Below, in pieces: positions 39,002 through 50,276 of a DNA stretch of 64,000 bases (positions are counted from its first letter, which is position 1; every line of letters starts with the position of its first letter). The DNA is from Azolla caroliniana (Eukaryota; Plantae; Polypodiophyta), in the NCBI GenBank assembly GCA_043228905.1, contig JBHGNT010000006.1, positions 12,338,001 to 12,402,000 of the forward strand, given 5' to 3'. The notes under the pieces are model-generated. The model did no database searches and was not told the origin of the DNA. It worked only from the letters and a program-made list of their open reading frames with translations. Both the position numbers and the translations under genes were made by a program.

Positions 39002-40460
39002 CAATATGGCACGCCCGTGGGAGAGTGCCTTGTACGTCGATCCCACATGCCTTGATGATGATATTTCTTCGACCGGAAGTTCCATCCGTCCTTTCAACGA
39101 TCGACTCCCTCGATCGGAGTGCTTGACTCGAACATCTTTGTCAGTCAGCAAATCTTCCGCGACACGAACATTCTCGTTCTGTCGGCTTACAAACTTTGTC
39201 ATGGGTCCAAAATCATGTCTGTATATGTATGTTCTTCCTTTTTTTTGAGTTGTGTGTGGTCGATCACGTCTTCAAAATTTCGTAGGTGTCCTTTGGTTTT
39301 TAACATTTTAATTATGTACCCTCGAGGTTTTACAATTTCATTGAGTACCCTCAGGATTTCAATATTTGTTACGTGCCCCTTTTGTTTTTCCTCTTTTTCC
39401 CTCTCTTTTCAATTTTATTTTAGGGTTCTTTTTCTGCGCTTTCTTGCATCTTCTTCTCCTCCTTTGGTTCTTTTTCCTCCTCTTCCTCATATGGTTCTTC
39501 TTGTTTTCTTCTGTAACTGTTCTTCTTCCGTTCCTTTCTAGAATTTGTCTTTTTCTGCATTTCTCGTTTCTTTCCATTTTCTGGTCTATTCCTTGTATTC
39601 TATACTCTGCACTTTCTTCCTTGTGTGTTCTATTTCCCTCTTTTGTGTCATTTCGTGCCGTTTCTTCCTGTGCCCGTCGACCTGCTCTCCGTTGTTGTCA
39701 TCGTCTCTATCGCCTTTCGGTGTCGATGTCCCATCGTCTGGCCTTTGTCGTTGCCCTGGCTGTGCATTTCGGCTGTAGTCTCTGTCGCTCTTCGTCTCTG
39801 TTCGGCCATCGTCTCGCTGTCTTCGTCGTTGTCCGGCGGCGTCCGGTCCGGCCTCCTCCGTTTCGGCGCCCTTCGGCCACTACAACTGCTCTTACGTCGC
39901 TCTCCGGCCTCTCCTCCGTCTCTGTCAGTGTCCGGTCGTCGTCATCATCTTCCGACCCTGCGTTTGGTTCATCGTCCCGGCCGTCTATCTGTTTCTCTGG
40001 CCTTGTCTTGCCCTCGATCGCTCCGGCTGCTCCATCCATTGACCAGCTATTCGGACCGGTTTCCGAACATTCCGGTCGCTCCTTCCACTCTTCGGTCGAT
40101 GTTTGGCTGTCGTTCCGTATTTGTCTGGCCCTGTCCACCGGCTCCATCTCCATCTCCAGTCGTCTCTGCCCATCCTTCTTTGTCTCTGTCCGGTCATTTT
40201 GTGTAGCCGACTCCGTGATTGTCTCTATTGGTTTCCATCCATCTCCATTACCGTCTCCATCTCTATCTCTTCGTCCATTGCTGTGTGTGTTTGTCCGGCC
40301 CCGTCGTTGTTGTCGTCTGTCATCATTGTCCGGCATCTCTGTTTATCTGGCCCTATCCGGTCATCACCGTCTCCATTTGTCTGCAGTTGGCCGTCTGTTT
40401 TGGCCGAGGTTCGTCGCTTGGCCGCCCTGTTTAGTCATCATCCGGTTGTTGTTCTGTCGT

Positions 40461-40535
<75 letters not shown>
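40461..40535. repeat. Compound (TG)n(GA)n microsatellite at the LINE 3' end
   Basis: Directly visible in the sequence. Confidence 0.95.
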
Positions 40536-40538
<3 letters not shown>

Positions 40539-43500
40539 GATAGATAGATTATATTATCGTCTTCGGAGGTCAAATATGACCTATGAGACCAAAAATATTA
40601 CATTTCACGTGATACGTGTGAAAGTGAGTAGTGACTCTCGATGTTCAAGAACTTTACCAATGAATGCTGCAATCGAGAGTGCACATTGTGGTTGTGAGAG
40701 GAATTCAGGCAAAGATTGGGCTCGATCGAAGAGATGTGGAAAGCATGGTCGAATATGATCAAAGGCAGAGCATTGTATCAAAGTGTGATACTCAGACTCG
40801 CGAACTTGTTTAGGGCAAAGTGTGCATAGCCGACCACTCTCATCACTTGTACCCCAACGCCCTGTTTCACATCGCAATGCATGTGAGCTAAGTCACATGG
40901 AAGCAATGGTTCGAATGGCAGATAATGGTATGGGTTCTAACATGTATGGATGTGTACGATTTCCCCGTTCCGCAAAGAATATGGATTTGTAGTTAGGTGC
41001 AACATGTGTAGTATAATGTGTGAAGCATGAGCCTCCACATTTGTCCCATGTCATGATACATTGGCGTTGCAACATGTGTAGTATAATGTGTGAAGCGTGA
41101 GCCTCCACATTTGTCCCATGTGTACGATTTCCCCGTTCCGCAAAGAATATGGATTTGTAGTTAGGTGCAACATGTGTAGTATAATGTGTGAAGTGTGAGC
41201 CTCCACTCCCATGTCATGATACATTGGCGTTGCAAAAATGCCTCATTTACAGAGGAATCGAATGATGCATCATGAAGCAAGTGTCTCGCATCCCATCTAC
41301 CAAACCATTTTTCTATATCTTGCATCCAACCGGAACACAAAATTTTGCTTTTATGCGTCTTTTGGATCTTTTTGCTTGCTTCCCACGCAATTCTAGGAAG
41401 TCATTGTGAGGGACTTTTTTGAACCTTAAGCATGTATTCAACAACCCTTTCCATGGCCATGATCTCAATGGGAAGCGATCCCGTCTCAAGGAGGAGGGTG
41501 TAGGGCGTTTGTTTTTTAACTTGTAGAAACTTGGTAAGAAAATGCTTTTGGACATTTTCAAACTCTTTCCACATAGATTTAGGGATGCTACCGCCCCATA
41601 CTTCCACCCCATAGAGAAGAACCGGTGTCACCAAAGTGTCAAAAAAATATTTCTTGAGGACCCAACACTTAATATCTCCAAGATTGCATGTGTTCTCAAA
41701 TGCATAGTATGCTCGTTGCCTGCCTCTAAGCGGCGTGTAGCACATTCATTCCATCTATGATTTGAAGGAACTTTAAGGCCAAGATATTTGAAGCTTTCCA
41801 CACATTCAAGTGGCTCATTGTTGTACATAATGCATGGTTTATCTCTTTTTTGGCTCTTCACAAGCATAATCTTTGTTTTAGAGCTATTGACACTTAATTT
41901 AGTATGCATGCAAATTTTTTCCAATGCCTTCATAAGCTTTTGTGCATCTCCTAAAGTATTTGCAAAAAGCACTACATCATCTGCATATAGCAAAAGCATA
42001 ATCACAACATTCCCAATGGCAACTTCTTCAACACATTCTTCCTTTGCAAACTTGGTAACCATTTCTTCCAATTCATCAATGCATAGACCAAATAGTGTTG
42101 GTGAGAGTGGGCATCCTTGCTTAACACCAATAGTGCTTTTGAAAAAATCTAAAAGTTTATCTCTCATGCGCACACAACATATAACCTTCTCATAAATTCG
42201 GGAAATTGCAAGCATATATTCACGTGGCACCTCAAGTTCTTCCATTCGCCTCCAAAGATGCTCACGAGGTACCATATCAAAAGCTTTCTTGAAGTCTACA
42301 AAGCAACAATATAAACCTTTACCTCTAAGGTGACTTTCCTCCATTAATACTCGAAGGGTGATAAGGTGATCAATGGTGCTATGGTGTTTCCGAAAACCAG
42401 CTTGTCCATAAGCTCTCTTACCACTTTTTTCAGCCCATACACTTATCTTTGATTCCATTATACATCCAAATAGTTTTGCCATTAATGAGCCAACCATGAT
42501 GGTTCGATAGTTGTTTACATTATTTATATCTCCACCTTTATGTAAAGGTTTGATCCAATTTGTAGTCCAATCGTACGGCATACCATGTTGCAATGCATCA
42601 TTAAACATATCGCTTATCCATATATGTGCTTCCTTTCCCGTCCATTTGAGCATTTCAGCCTTTATACATTGAAGATCACTTTCCTTTCGAGAGGCCAATT
42701 TCTTAAGTCCTATGCATATATCTTCAATTGTAAAGAAGGGAGCCATATGTGAAAGAGAACCATAACACATCATCTTTCCGGCAAGAGATAACTCATATAA
42801 ATTCTTACAATGCATAGACAAGTCGTGAAGAGTTAGGTCACCATAACTCTCAACACGTTTTCCCTTTAGATTTCCCCAAATTTTAGCACACGCATGTGCT
42901 TTCTCTTGCGTTTGGATAAATTGTTGAGTAACTTCCCATATTCTTCTCTTTCTTTGAATAAGCCTTTTATACTCATGCAAATGCTTTTGGTAATTCTCTT
43001 TATCCTTAACTACATCCAAAACCATAAGGCTCTTTCGAGCTTCACGACATTCTTTATCAAACCATTTTTTCCTAAGTTTCTTGGTGCATTTCCAAGATGT
43101 GGGTTGGTCGAAAAACATTTGTTTGTACATGAGAGAATGACTTTCTTGAAAGCTTCCCATTTGCATTCTAGTGTGGCACCATGTTGTATCTTTGTCATTT
43201 GTAACATATCCTCAACCATCTTGGAATACATGGGTGCTCACTTAAGGTTCATGCTCAAGTGCGGTTTTTTATTATCTTCAATAGCCTTCTCACAATCAAA
43301 CCTATGCATACATTTGAGATCAATACATAAAGGCCTATGATCGGATTCCGGTGTCCATTCACCAAGTGAGAATTTATGTATACGATCCAAAATACCTTTG
43401 GAAAGTAGCACATAATCAATCACACTATTTCCATTGTGTTTTCTACATGTAAAACCATTAGTGTTGGGCCATAAGGAAATACCATTTGCAATAAGCAATC

Positions 43501-43974
43501 CGGTACTATTGCACATTTGTAGGAGTAACTTCCCAAATTGGTCCGGATCTTTTTCATCGCTAGAAGAGCGGTTATACATTTGCATATCCTCTTGCATCCT
43601 TGAGATATGTGGCATGAAAGATTCTTGTGAATCAAATTGGAAACTTCTTGTATGAGCATTCATGTCACCAAAGACTAACTGTCATGATATGGCAAGACTC
43701 GAACCCATGACCTTAGGTTATATGGGTCGAGCTCTTGACCATTAGACCACCTATTGTAATACGTAGGATATTATTTTCATTTACATTTTATTATAGGAAA
43801 TTAGTGTATATTCCAGATTTCTCTGGAACATTCTAGAAGCTTCAGGATTACTCCTGAAAACACTATAAAAGAGGGCACTAGGCATTATGTTGAACCAAAT
43901 TGGTTCAACGCCAGTCTTAAGCCTTTTAGCCACCGTTGTATATTCTCTTCATATAATAAATATCTTTCTTATCA

Positions 43975-44019
<45 letters not shown>

Positions 44020-44197
44020 GTCTCGCTCACTTCTTCCTTCTCTCGAAGAAGTTCCACACCTCTCATAGTACTAATCCTTCGTTTAGTACTAATTCCTTCT
44101 CTGTCTCAGTACTATTCCTGACAGTTTGAACCAATTTTTCCTACCTTCTGTCTCTCTCATTTCCTACTAATCTTTTATTCCTCTTTTCTTTCATCCC

Positions 44198-45349
44198 ATG
44201 GCCACTGTTAGCGCTGAAGAATATCAATCTGTTTTCTCGGAATTCCAATGCTTGAAGGAGAAGTTCCATGCTTTGGAACAAGAAAACCAACGGTTGCTGG
44301 GGGAACTTCAGCAAATCTCCTTAGAAAAGCAGCAAATGCAACAACAACATGGGGAACTTGCGTTACGCGTGCAACAACTCGAAGCCACCATCGTAGCGAT
44401 GCAACAACATGGGTCCGGAACACAAGGGATTCATAAAGAACCTAAGATTGGCCTTCCCACGAAGTTCGATGGAACGCGATCGCAGTTTAGAGGGTTCCTT
44501 AACCAGGTACGATTAGTTATTCAAATGCATCCTTCCCGATATCCCACCGATGCATCACGAGTGGGTTTAGTAGGCACTTTGTTAAGTGGCTCAGCGTTGT
44601 CATGGTTCGCTCCACTATTAGAAAAGGAATCTCCGTTACTCAACAATTTTGAAGAGTTTCTAGGTGAGTTTAAAGCATGTTTCGGAGATACTGACAGCAT
44701 TAGGACCGCAATCAACAAAATCCGGCGATTACGCCAAGGTGACCGTCCAGCCTCTGCATACGCTGCAGATTTTCGCCTACTCGCCGCCGATATCCCTTGG
44801 GATGATCAAGCGTTGATGGAGCAATTCCGTTATGGTTTACGCAACGACGTCAAGGATTTACTCTTGACCTTCCCCGAAGAGCCAAAGTCCTTAACAGAAG
44901 CAATCAGTCGCGCGGTGAGATGTGACAACCGCCTCTTTGAGCGACGTTCGGAACGACAGCTACAGATGCCGAGGGCAAGATCAGAGCCCACCTACGCCTC
45001 AGTGGTAGCAAGACCTTTTCCGAGGGAGTCATATAATGCGTCTCCAGCGAATACTCCGACTCCGATGGAGATTGACACTACACGTCGTCGAGGGCCATTA
45101 TCCAAAGAAGAAAAGCAGCGACGCCATACAAATCGACTATGTCTTTACTGCGGTGGACCAGGACATATCGCAATAAATTGCCCCCATAGGCCAAGAAGAC
45201 AGGTAAACCAAATAGTCGCTAGTTCTAATTGTACTAAATCCGAACCTATTTCAGTAGGGATATCTGATAGTCCTAATAGTACTAATATCCCAGATCTAGC
45301 AAACAAATTTGATGTCCTTAGTCAGTTAGAAGAAGAGTTAAACGACTAA
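44198..45349 (+). CDS. Gag of Tcn1-like element
   Basis: 383 aa, PEG10/LDOC-like (KFDGTRSQFRGFLNQ), PMEID and CLYCGGPGHIAINC knuckle. Confidence 0.95.
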   Translation: MATVSAEEYQSVFSEFQCLKEKFHALEQENQRLLGELQQISLEKQQMQQQHGELALRVQQLEATIVAMQQHGSGTQGIHKEPKIGLPTKFDGTRSQFRGFLNQVRLVIQMHPSRYPTDASRVGLVGTLLSGSALSWFAPLLEKESPLLNNFEEFLGEFKACFGDTDSIRTAINKIRRLRQGDRPASAYAADFRLLAADIPWDDQALMEQFRYGLRNDVKDLLLTFPEEPKSLTEAISRAVRCDNRLFERRSERQLQMPRARSEPTYASVVARPFPRESYNASPANTPTPMEIDTTRRRGPLSKEEKQRRHTNRLCLYCGGPGHIAINCPHRPRRQVNQIVASSNCTKSEPISVGISDSPNSTNIPDLANKFDVLSQLEEELND

Positions 45350-45482
45350 GTCCAGCCAAAATAGGAGCCGTTTGGTTGGACAGCCCTAGATCTGTGCAGC
45401 CCATTAGTGGTTCCATTCCCTCTAAGCAAGTTAGTGATGTGTTCGTAGCCCAAGTAATAGTTAGTACTAAAAGTACCCCCCA

Positions 45483-48400
45483 GTACATGTCCTAGCACTC
45501 CTAGATTCCGGAGCTAACTCTTGCTTTATGGATAAGAAATTTGCTCAAGCTCATAAGATATCCCTAAGAAAACTCCAGTGTCCAGCCTCTGTAGTAGTCA
45601 TTGATGGACGTCCCATTGCTTCCGGAAATATCCTAGAAGAGTCAGAGCCCATTAATATTGTCCTAGATAACTTAGTATGTGTAGTATCATTTAATATTAT
45701 TAGTATCCCAGAACATCCTATAGTTTTAGGACTACCGTGGTTCGAGTTACATAACCCTGACATAGATTGGAGAACAAGAGAAATCCGGTGTCGACAAACC
45801 CAAGGGTCAACTCAGAAGATGGCAACCATTTCGCTACGTCAGTTGCGTAAAGAAGGGCACAAGGAGGAAATGTTCCTCTTTGCAATATCAGTAAACCCCT
45901 CCAACACCACTAAAGAAGAATCCACCGTTCAACTTCCCGAGAAGTATCGCCATTACACCGATGTGTTCGATAAAGTACAAGCCAACACACTTCCTCATCA
46001 TCGACCGTACGATTGCCCCATCGATTTACAACCGGGAAAAGAGCCGCCATGGGGACCGATCTACAATTTGTCACCAACCGAGCTGGAAGTCCTTCGGGCC
46101 TATATAGAGGAGAATTTGGAAAATGGTTTCATTCGGCATTCGAAATCTCCAGCCGGTGCGCCCATTTTCTTCGTCAAGAAAAAAGATGGATCGCTTCGTC
46201 TCGTTGTAGATTACCGTGGCTTGAATAAGGTTACAATCAGGAATAGGTATGCTCTTCCCCTTATCTCAAGTCTTTTAGAACGGATCAATGGTGCCAGGTT
46301 CTTCACGAAGATCGACTTACGGGGAGCATATAACCTCGTACGGATCCGACCAGGAGACGAATGGAAGACCGCGTTTCGCACCAGATATGGGCACTTCGAG
46401 TATACTGTCATGCCGTTCGGCCTCACTAATGCGCCGGCAGTCTTCCAGCACATGGCTAATGATATATTCCGAGATCTATTGGATGATTGTTTGATCATCT
46501 ATTTGGATGATCTACTGGTTTATTCAAAGACCCAAGAAGAACATGATTCTCATGTACTATTAGTACTAAAGCGACTTCGAGAACATGGTCTGTATGCAAA
46601 GCTAGAAAAATGTAGTTTCGGGTGCAATCAAGTGGAATTTCTCGGCTACATCATTTCGTCAGAAGGCATCTCCATGGACCCAGCTAAGGTCAGAACGGTG
46701 GTAGAATGGCAGACTCCGCGTTCGGTACGGGATGTGCAATGCTTCTTAGGCTTTGCCAATTTTTACCGGAAGTTCATACAGGATTACTCAAAGATCGTTC
46801 TACCTCTCACACAACTTACCAGGAAGGGACAACCGTTCACCTGGTCTGAAGAAACAGACATGGCTTTCGAGAGTCTTAAAAAAGCATTTACATCGGCTCC
46901 AATTTTAGCTCATGTCGATCCGGAGAAACCATTCATTATCGAAGCTGACGCATCGGATTTTGCATTGGGGAGCATTCTGTCACAACAGGGGAATGATGAA
47001 AAGCTACATCCTGTGGCTTTTCACTCACGCAAGTTTGATGCCGCCGAAATCAACTACGAAATCCATGATAAGGAGCTATTGGCAATAGTGGATTCTTTTA
47101 TGCAATGGAGGCATTTTCTGGAGGGATCCTCTCATCCAGTCACCGTATTTAGTGACCACAAGAATCTTGCCTACTTTCAGGATGCTCGTGTGTTGAATCG
47201 ACGTCAAGCTCGGTTGGCCCACTTCCTCACGCGTTTCGACTTCAAAATTACATATCGTCCGGGGAGGCACCAAGGGAAGGCAGATGCATTATCACGGCGT
47301 TCGTATCTAGCACCCCGTCCTGGTGAGCCAGCTTTCGATAACCAAAAACAAGTCATCTTGGGACCGGCACGATTACAAGCAACACAAATCTTTGACATGC
47401 CTATGGATTCCCGCGTTATCGATACCATACGTGAAGACTTGAAGACAGATGCGTTCGCCCAAGCTATACTAGCACAAATTGATCCCTCTCGAGCGTCGTG
47501 TTCACAGTCGCAACCACCAGGTACGGACTATCGGCAATTCAAATACCATGATGGATTACTCTTCTTTAAAGAACTTTTGTATGTTCCTAATGGTTCTTGC
47601 CGCCTTCGAGTAGTACAAAACTGTCATGACACATATACAGCTGGGCATTTTGGTAGTACTAAAACATTACATTTAGTACAACGATCATTTTGGTGGCCCT
47701 GTATGCGACAATTTGTCGAGGATTTTGTTCGGACTTGTGATACATGTTGCAGAGCGAAAATGCCAAGGCATCATCCATATGGTTTATTAGAACCATTATC
47801 AATTCCAAGCAAGCCGTGGCAATCCATTGCTCTAGACTTCATCACAGATCTTCCAGTCTCTAAGGGGTTCAATGCGATTCTAACGGTGGTCGATCGATAT
47901 ACGAAGATGGCTCATTTCTTGCCATGTACTAAGGAGATCTCCAGTGAAGACACTGCCGAAATTGTCATGCGTGAAGTATGTCGGCATCATGGACTCCCCG
48001 ATAGTATCATCAGCGACCGTGGACCCCAGTTCGTGTCAAAATTCTGGAAGCACCTTTTTAACATGCTCAAGGTCACTTGTAACCTCTCTTCCGGCTACCA
48101 CCCACAAACTGACGGCCAAGCTGAAAGAACAAATCAAACGTTGGAGCAGTATCTGCGGTGCTTTCTCAGCTATCATCAGGACGACTGGGCAGATATTCTC
48201 CACTTCGCCGAATTTGCCTATAACAACTCTATCCACGCATCCACTAAAGTTACGCCATTTTATGCTTATACGGGATGTCACCCCCGGTGGAGTGTACTTG
48301 AAACCCCAGAGGTGTCCACAAATCCGTGCGCGGAGGATCGTTTGGAGCGGTTACGCAAGATACAAGCGGATTTATCTACTCATCTCCAGCAAGCTCAACA

Positions 48401-48932
48401 AACACACAAGGTCTACGCGGATCGTCATCGACTTCCATCTAGTTTTAATATTGGAGATCGGGTGTGGTTGCTACGACGACACATCAAGACTACCCGCCCA
48501 TGTGAGAAGTTGGATTATCGGCGATTAGGTCCTTTCCGTATTATTGAAAAGATTAATGATGTTGTTTTTCGTCTCGATCTACCTCCTCAACTTCGGATAC
48601 ATCCGGTGTTTCATAGTTCTCTCTTCGAACCCTACCACGAGAGCACCATCCCAGAACGTCTTATCCAACCTCCACCCCCGATCGAGCTTGAAGATGGGCC
48701 GGAGTACGAGGTTGCCGCCATTCTTGATTCCAAGATTGTTCGCAACAAGCTCTACTATCTAGTCGATTGGCTAGGCTATAGTCCCAGCGAACGTACTTGG
48801 GAACCGATCGAGAATGTAACCAATACTCGTGCTCTTCTTGAAGACTTCCATCGTCAATATCCACACAAACCGGGTCCTCAATCCAAGACGACTCGTGACA
48901 CTCGTCGTTTTAAAGGGGGGATAGTGTCATGA
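45483..48932 (+). CDS. Pol (PR-RT-RH-INT-group I chromodomain) of Tcn1-like element
   Basis: ALLDSGAN upstream of the annotated Met. YLDD, EADASDFA, NYEIHDKELLA, HD..TAGH/C..C, SDRGPQF and EYEVAAILDS..YLVDWLGYSPSERTWEP. Confidence 0.95.
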   Translation, partial: VHVLALLDSGANSCFMDKKFAQAHKISLRKLQCPASVVVIDGRPIASGNILEESEPINIVLDNLVCVVSFNIISIPEHPIVLGLPWFELHNPDIDWRTREIRCRQTQGSTQKMATISLRQLRKEGHKEEMFLFAISVNPSNTTKEESTVQLPEKYRHYTDVFDKVQANTLPHHRPYDCPIDLQPGKEPPWGPIYNLSPTELEVLRAYIEENLENGFIRHSKSPAGAPIFFVKKKDGSLRLVVDYRGLNKVTIRNRYALPLISSLLERINGARFFTKIDLRGAYNLVRIRPGDEWKTAFRTRYGHFEYTVMPFGLTNAPAVFQHMANDIFRDLLDDCLIIYLDDLLVYSKTQEEHDSHVLLVLKRLREHGLYAKLEKCSFGCNQVEFLGYIISSEGISMDPAKVRTVVEWQTPRSVRDVQCFLGFANFYRKFIQDYSKIVLPLTQLTRKGQPFTWSEETDMAFESLKKAFTSAPILAHVDPEKPFIIEADASDFALGSILSQQGNDEKLHPVAFHSRKFDAAEINYEIHDKELLAIVDSFMQWRHFLEGSSHPVTVFSDHKNLAYFQDARVLNRRQARLAHFLTRFDFKITYRPGRHQGKADALSRRSYLAPRPGEPAFDNQKQVILGPARLQATQIFDMPMDSRVIDTIREDLKTDAFAQAILAQIDPSRASCSQSQPPGTDYRQFKYHDGLLFFKELLYVPNGSCRLRVVQNCHDTYTAGHFGSTKTLHLVQRSFWWPCMRQFVEDFVRTCDTCCRAKMPRHHPYGLLEPLSIPSKPWQSIALDFITDLPVSKGFNAILTVVDRYTKMAHFLPCTKEISSEDTAEIVMREVCRHHGLPDSIISDRGPQFVSKFWKHLFNMLKVTCNLSSGYHPQTDGQAERTNQTLEQYLRCFLSYHQDDWADILHFAEFAYNNSIHASTKVTPFYAYTGCHPRWSVLETPEVSTNPCAEDRLERLRKIQADLSTHLQQAQQTHKVYADRHRLPSSFNIGDRVWLLRRHIKTTRPCEKLDYRRLGPFRIIEKINDVVFRLDLPPQLRIHPVFHSSLFEPYHESTIPERLIQPPPPIELEDGPEYEVAAILDSKIVRNKLYYLVDWLGYSPSERTWEPIENVTNTRALLEDFHRQYPHKPGPQSKTTRDTRRFKGGIVS

Positions 48933-49219
48933 TATGGCAAGACTCGAACCCATGACCTTAGGTTATATGGGTCGAGCTCTTGACCATTAGACCACCTATT
49001 GTAATACGTAGGATATTATTTTCGTTTACATTTTATTATAGGAAATTAGTGTATATTCCAGATTTCTCTGGAACATTCTAGAAGCTTCAGGATTACTCCT
49101 GAAAACACTATAAAAGAGGGCACTAGGCATTATGTTGAACCAAATTGGTTCAACGCCAGTCTTAAGCCTTTTAGCCACCGTTGTATATTCTCTTCATATA
49201 ATAAATATCTTTCTTATCA

Positions 49220-49262
<43 letters not shown>

Positions 49263-49465
49263 GTCTCGCTCACTTCTTCCTTCTCTCGAAGAAGTTCCAC
49301 ACCTCTCATAGTACTAATCCTTCGTTTAGTACTAATTCCTTCTCTGTCTCAGTACTATTCCTGACAATAACTTCCCCTTTGGATTTGAAATAAGCAATAT
49401 CATCTTCTAGATTGGCAAACGGTTGATCTTTATCCAAACAACATAAAAGTTAGAATCTTGATGAG

Positions 49466-50276
49466 TGACGGGAACTGGACGTTTCTGATGCGCAAGGCTC
49501 GGCCACAACCGAGTTTAGAATGATACACAGAAAACGGGAAATAAAACACGACAAGGAGAAGAGGAAGATACACAGGAGGTTTACGTGGAAAACCCCCAAA
49601 CTAGGGGAAAAACCACGGCAGCCCACAGGCTGCACACTGTCACTATGTGAGAATATACAACAGTGAGTTCACTGAGGCACCGACCTCGTGCTCACAGATC
49701 TTCACCACAGGCGGCGGTTACAACAGAGGCAACAACCTCTTTCTCTCTCTCTCTCTCTCTCTGTACACGTTATGCACTCATTCTATTCTTCTTCAAAAAA
49801 ACAAGAATGATAACAACAACCATAAGTATAAGTTTGCCCTAAGTCATATTTATACTAATATGACTTTTCGGCTATTTACAAATATATTTACGAATATGTC
49901 TCTCAGAAACATATTTACGAATATGTCTCTTCATCCGGTTCATACCGGGTGTGCACCATCCGACTCTCCGTAGCCGGGTACGCCTCATCCGGTTCATACC
50001 GGGTCTGCACCATCCGGCTCTCCGTAGCCGAGTACGCCTCATCCGGTTCATACCGGGTCTGCACCATCCGGCTCTCCGTAGCCGAGTACGCCTCATCCGT
50101 TTCATACCGGGTCTGCACCATCCGGCTCTCCGTAGCCGGGTACTCCTCATCCGGTCTTCACCGGGCCTGCATCATCCTGCTCTCCGTAGCCGGGTCCACC
50201 TCATACGGTTTCGGCCGAGTTTGTTCATCGGCACTGTTCTTCTCCCTTCCCATCCGGAGGGACCTGTCTCCCAACA
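49466..50276 (-). mobile_element. Solo LTR of copia family A in the LINE endonuclease
   Basis: TG..CA ends. TSD ATGAG at 49461-49465 and 50277-50281. About five 54-bp tandem repeats at ~49930-50200. Confidence 0.95.

Larger units (their letters stand above)
43680..49366 (+). mobile_element. Very young Tcn1-like chromovirus (Ty3/gypsy)
   Basis: LTRs 43680-44123 and 48925-49366 differ by about one substitution and one TC unit. PPT AAAGGGGGGATAG. Imperfect TSD CTAAC/ATAAC. Self-priming PBS at 44126-44137. Confidence 0.96.

Noticed and set aside
39366-40547. 393-aa ORF, and similar ORFs at 24271-25091
   Set aside because: Low-complexity S/L/F/R translation of pyrimidine-skewed sequence that is poor in stop codons, and not conserved between the two D interiors.
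43687-43754. Functional tRNA gene
   Set aside because: Acceptor and anticodon arms are poor, and the sequence is part of an LTR. Reported as a tRNA-like module.
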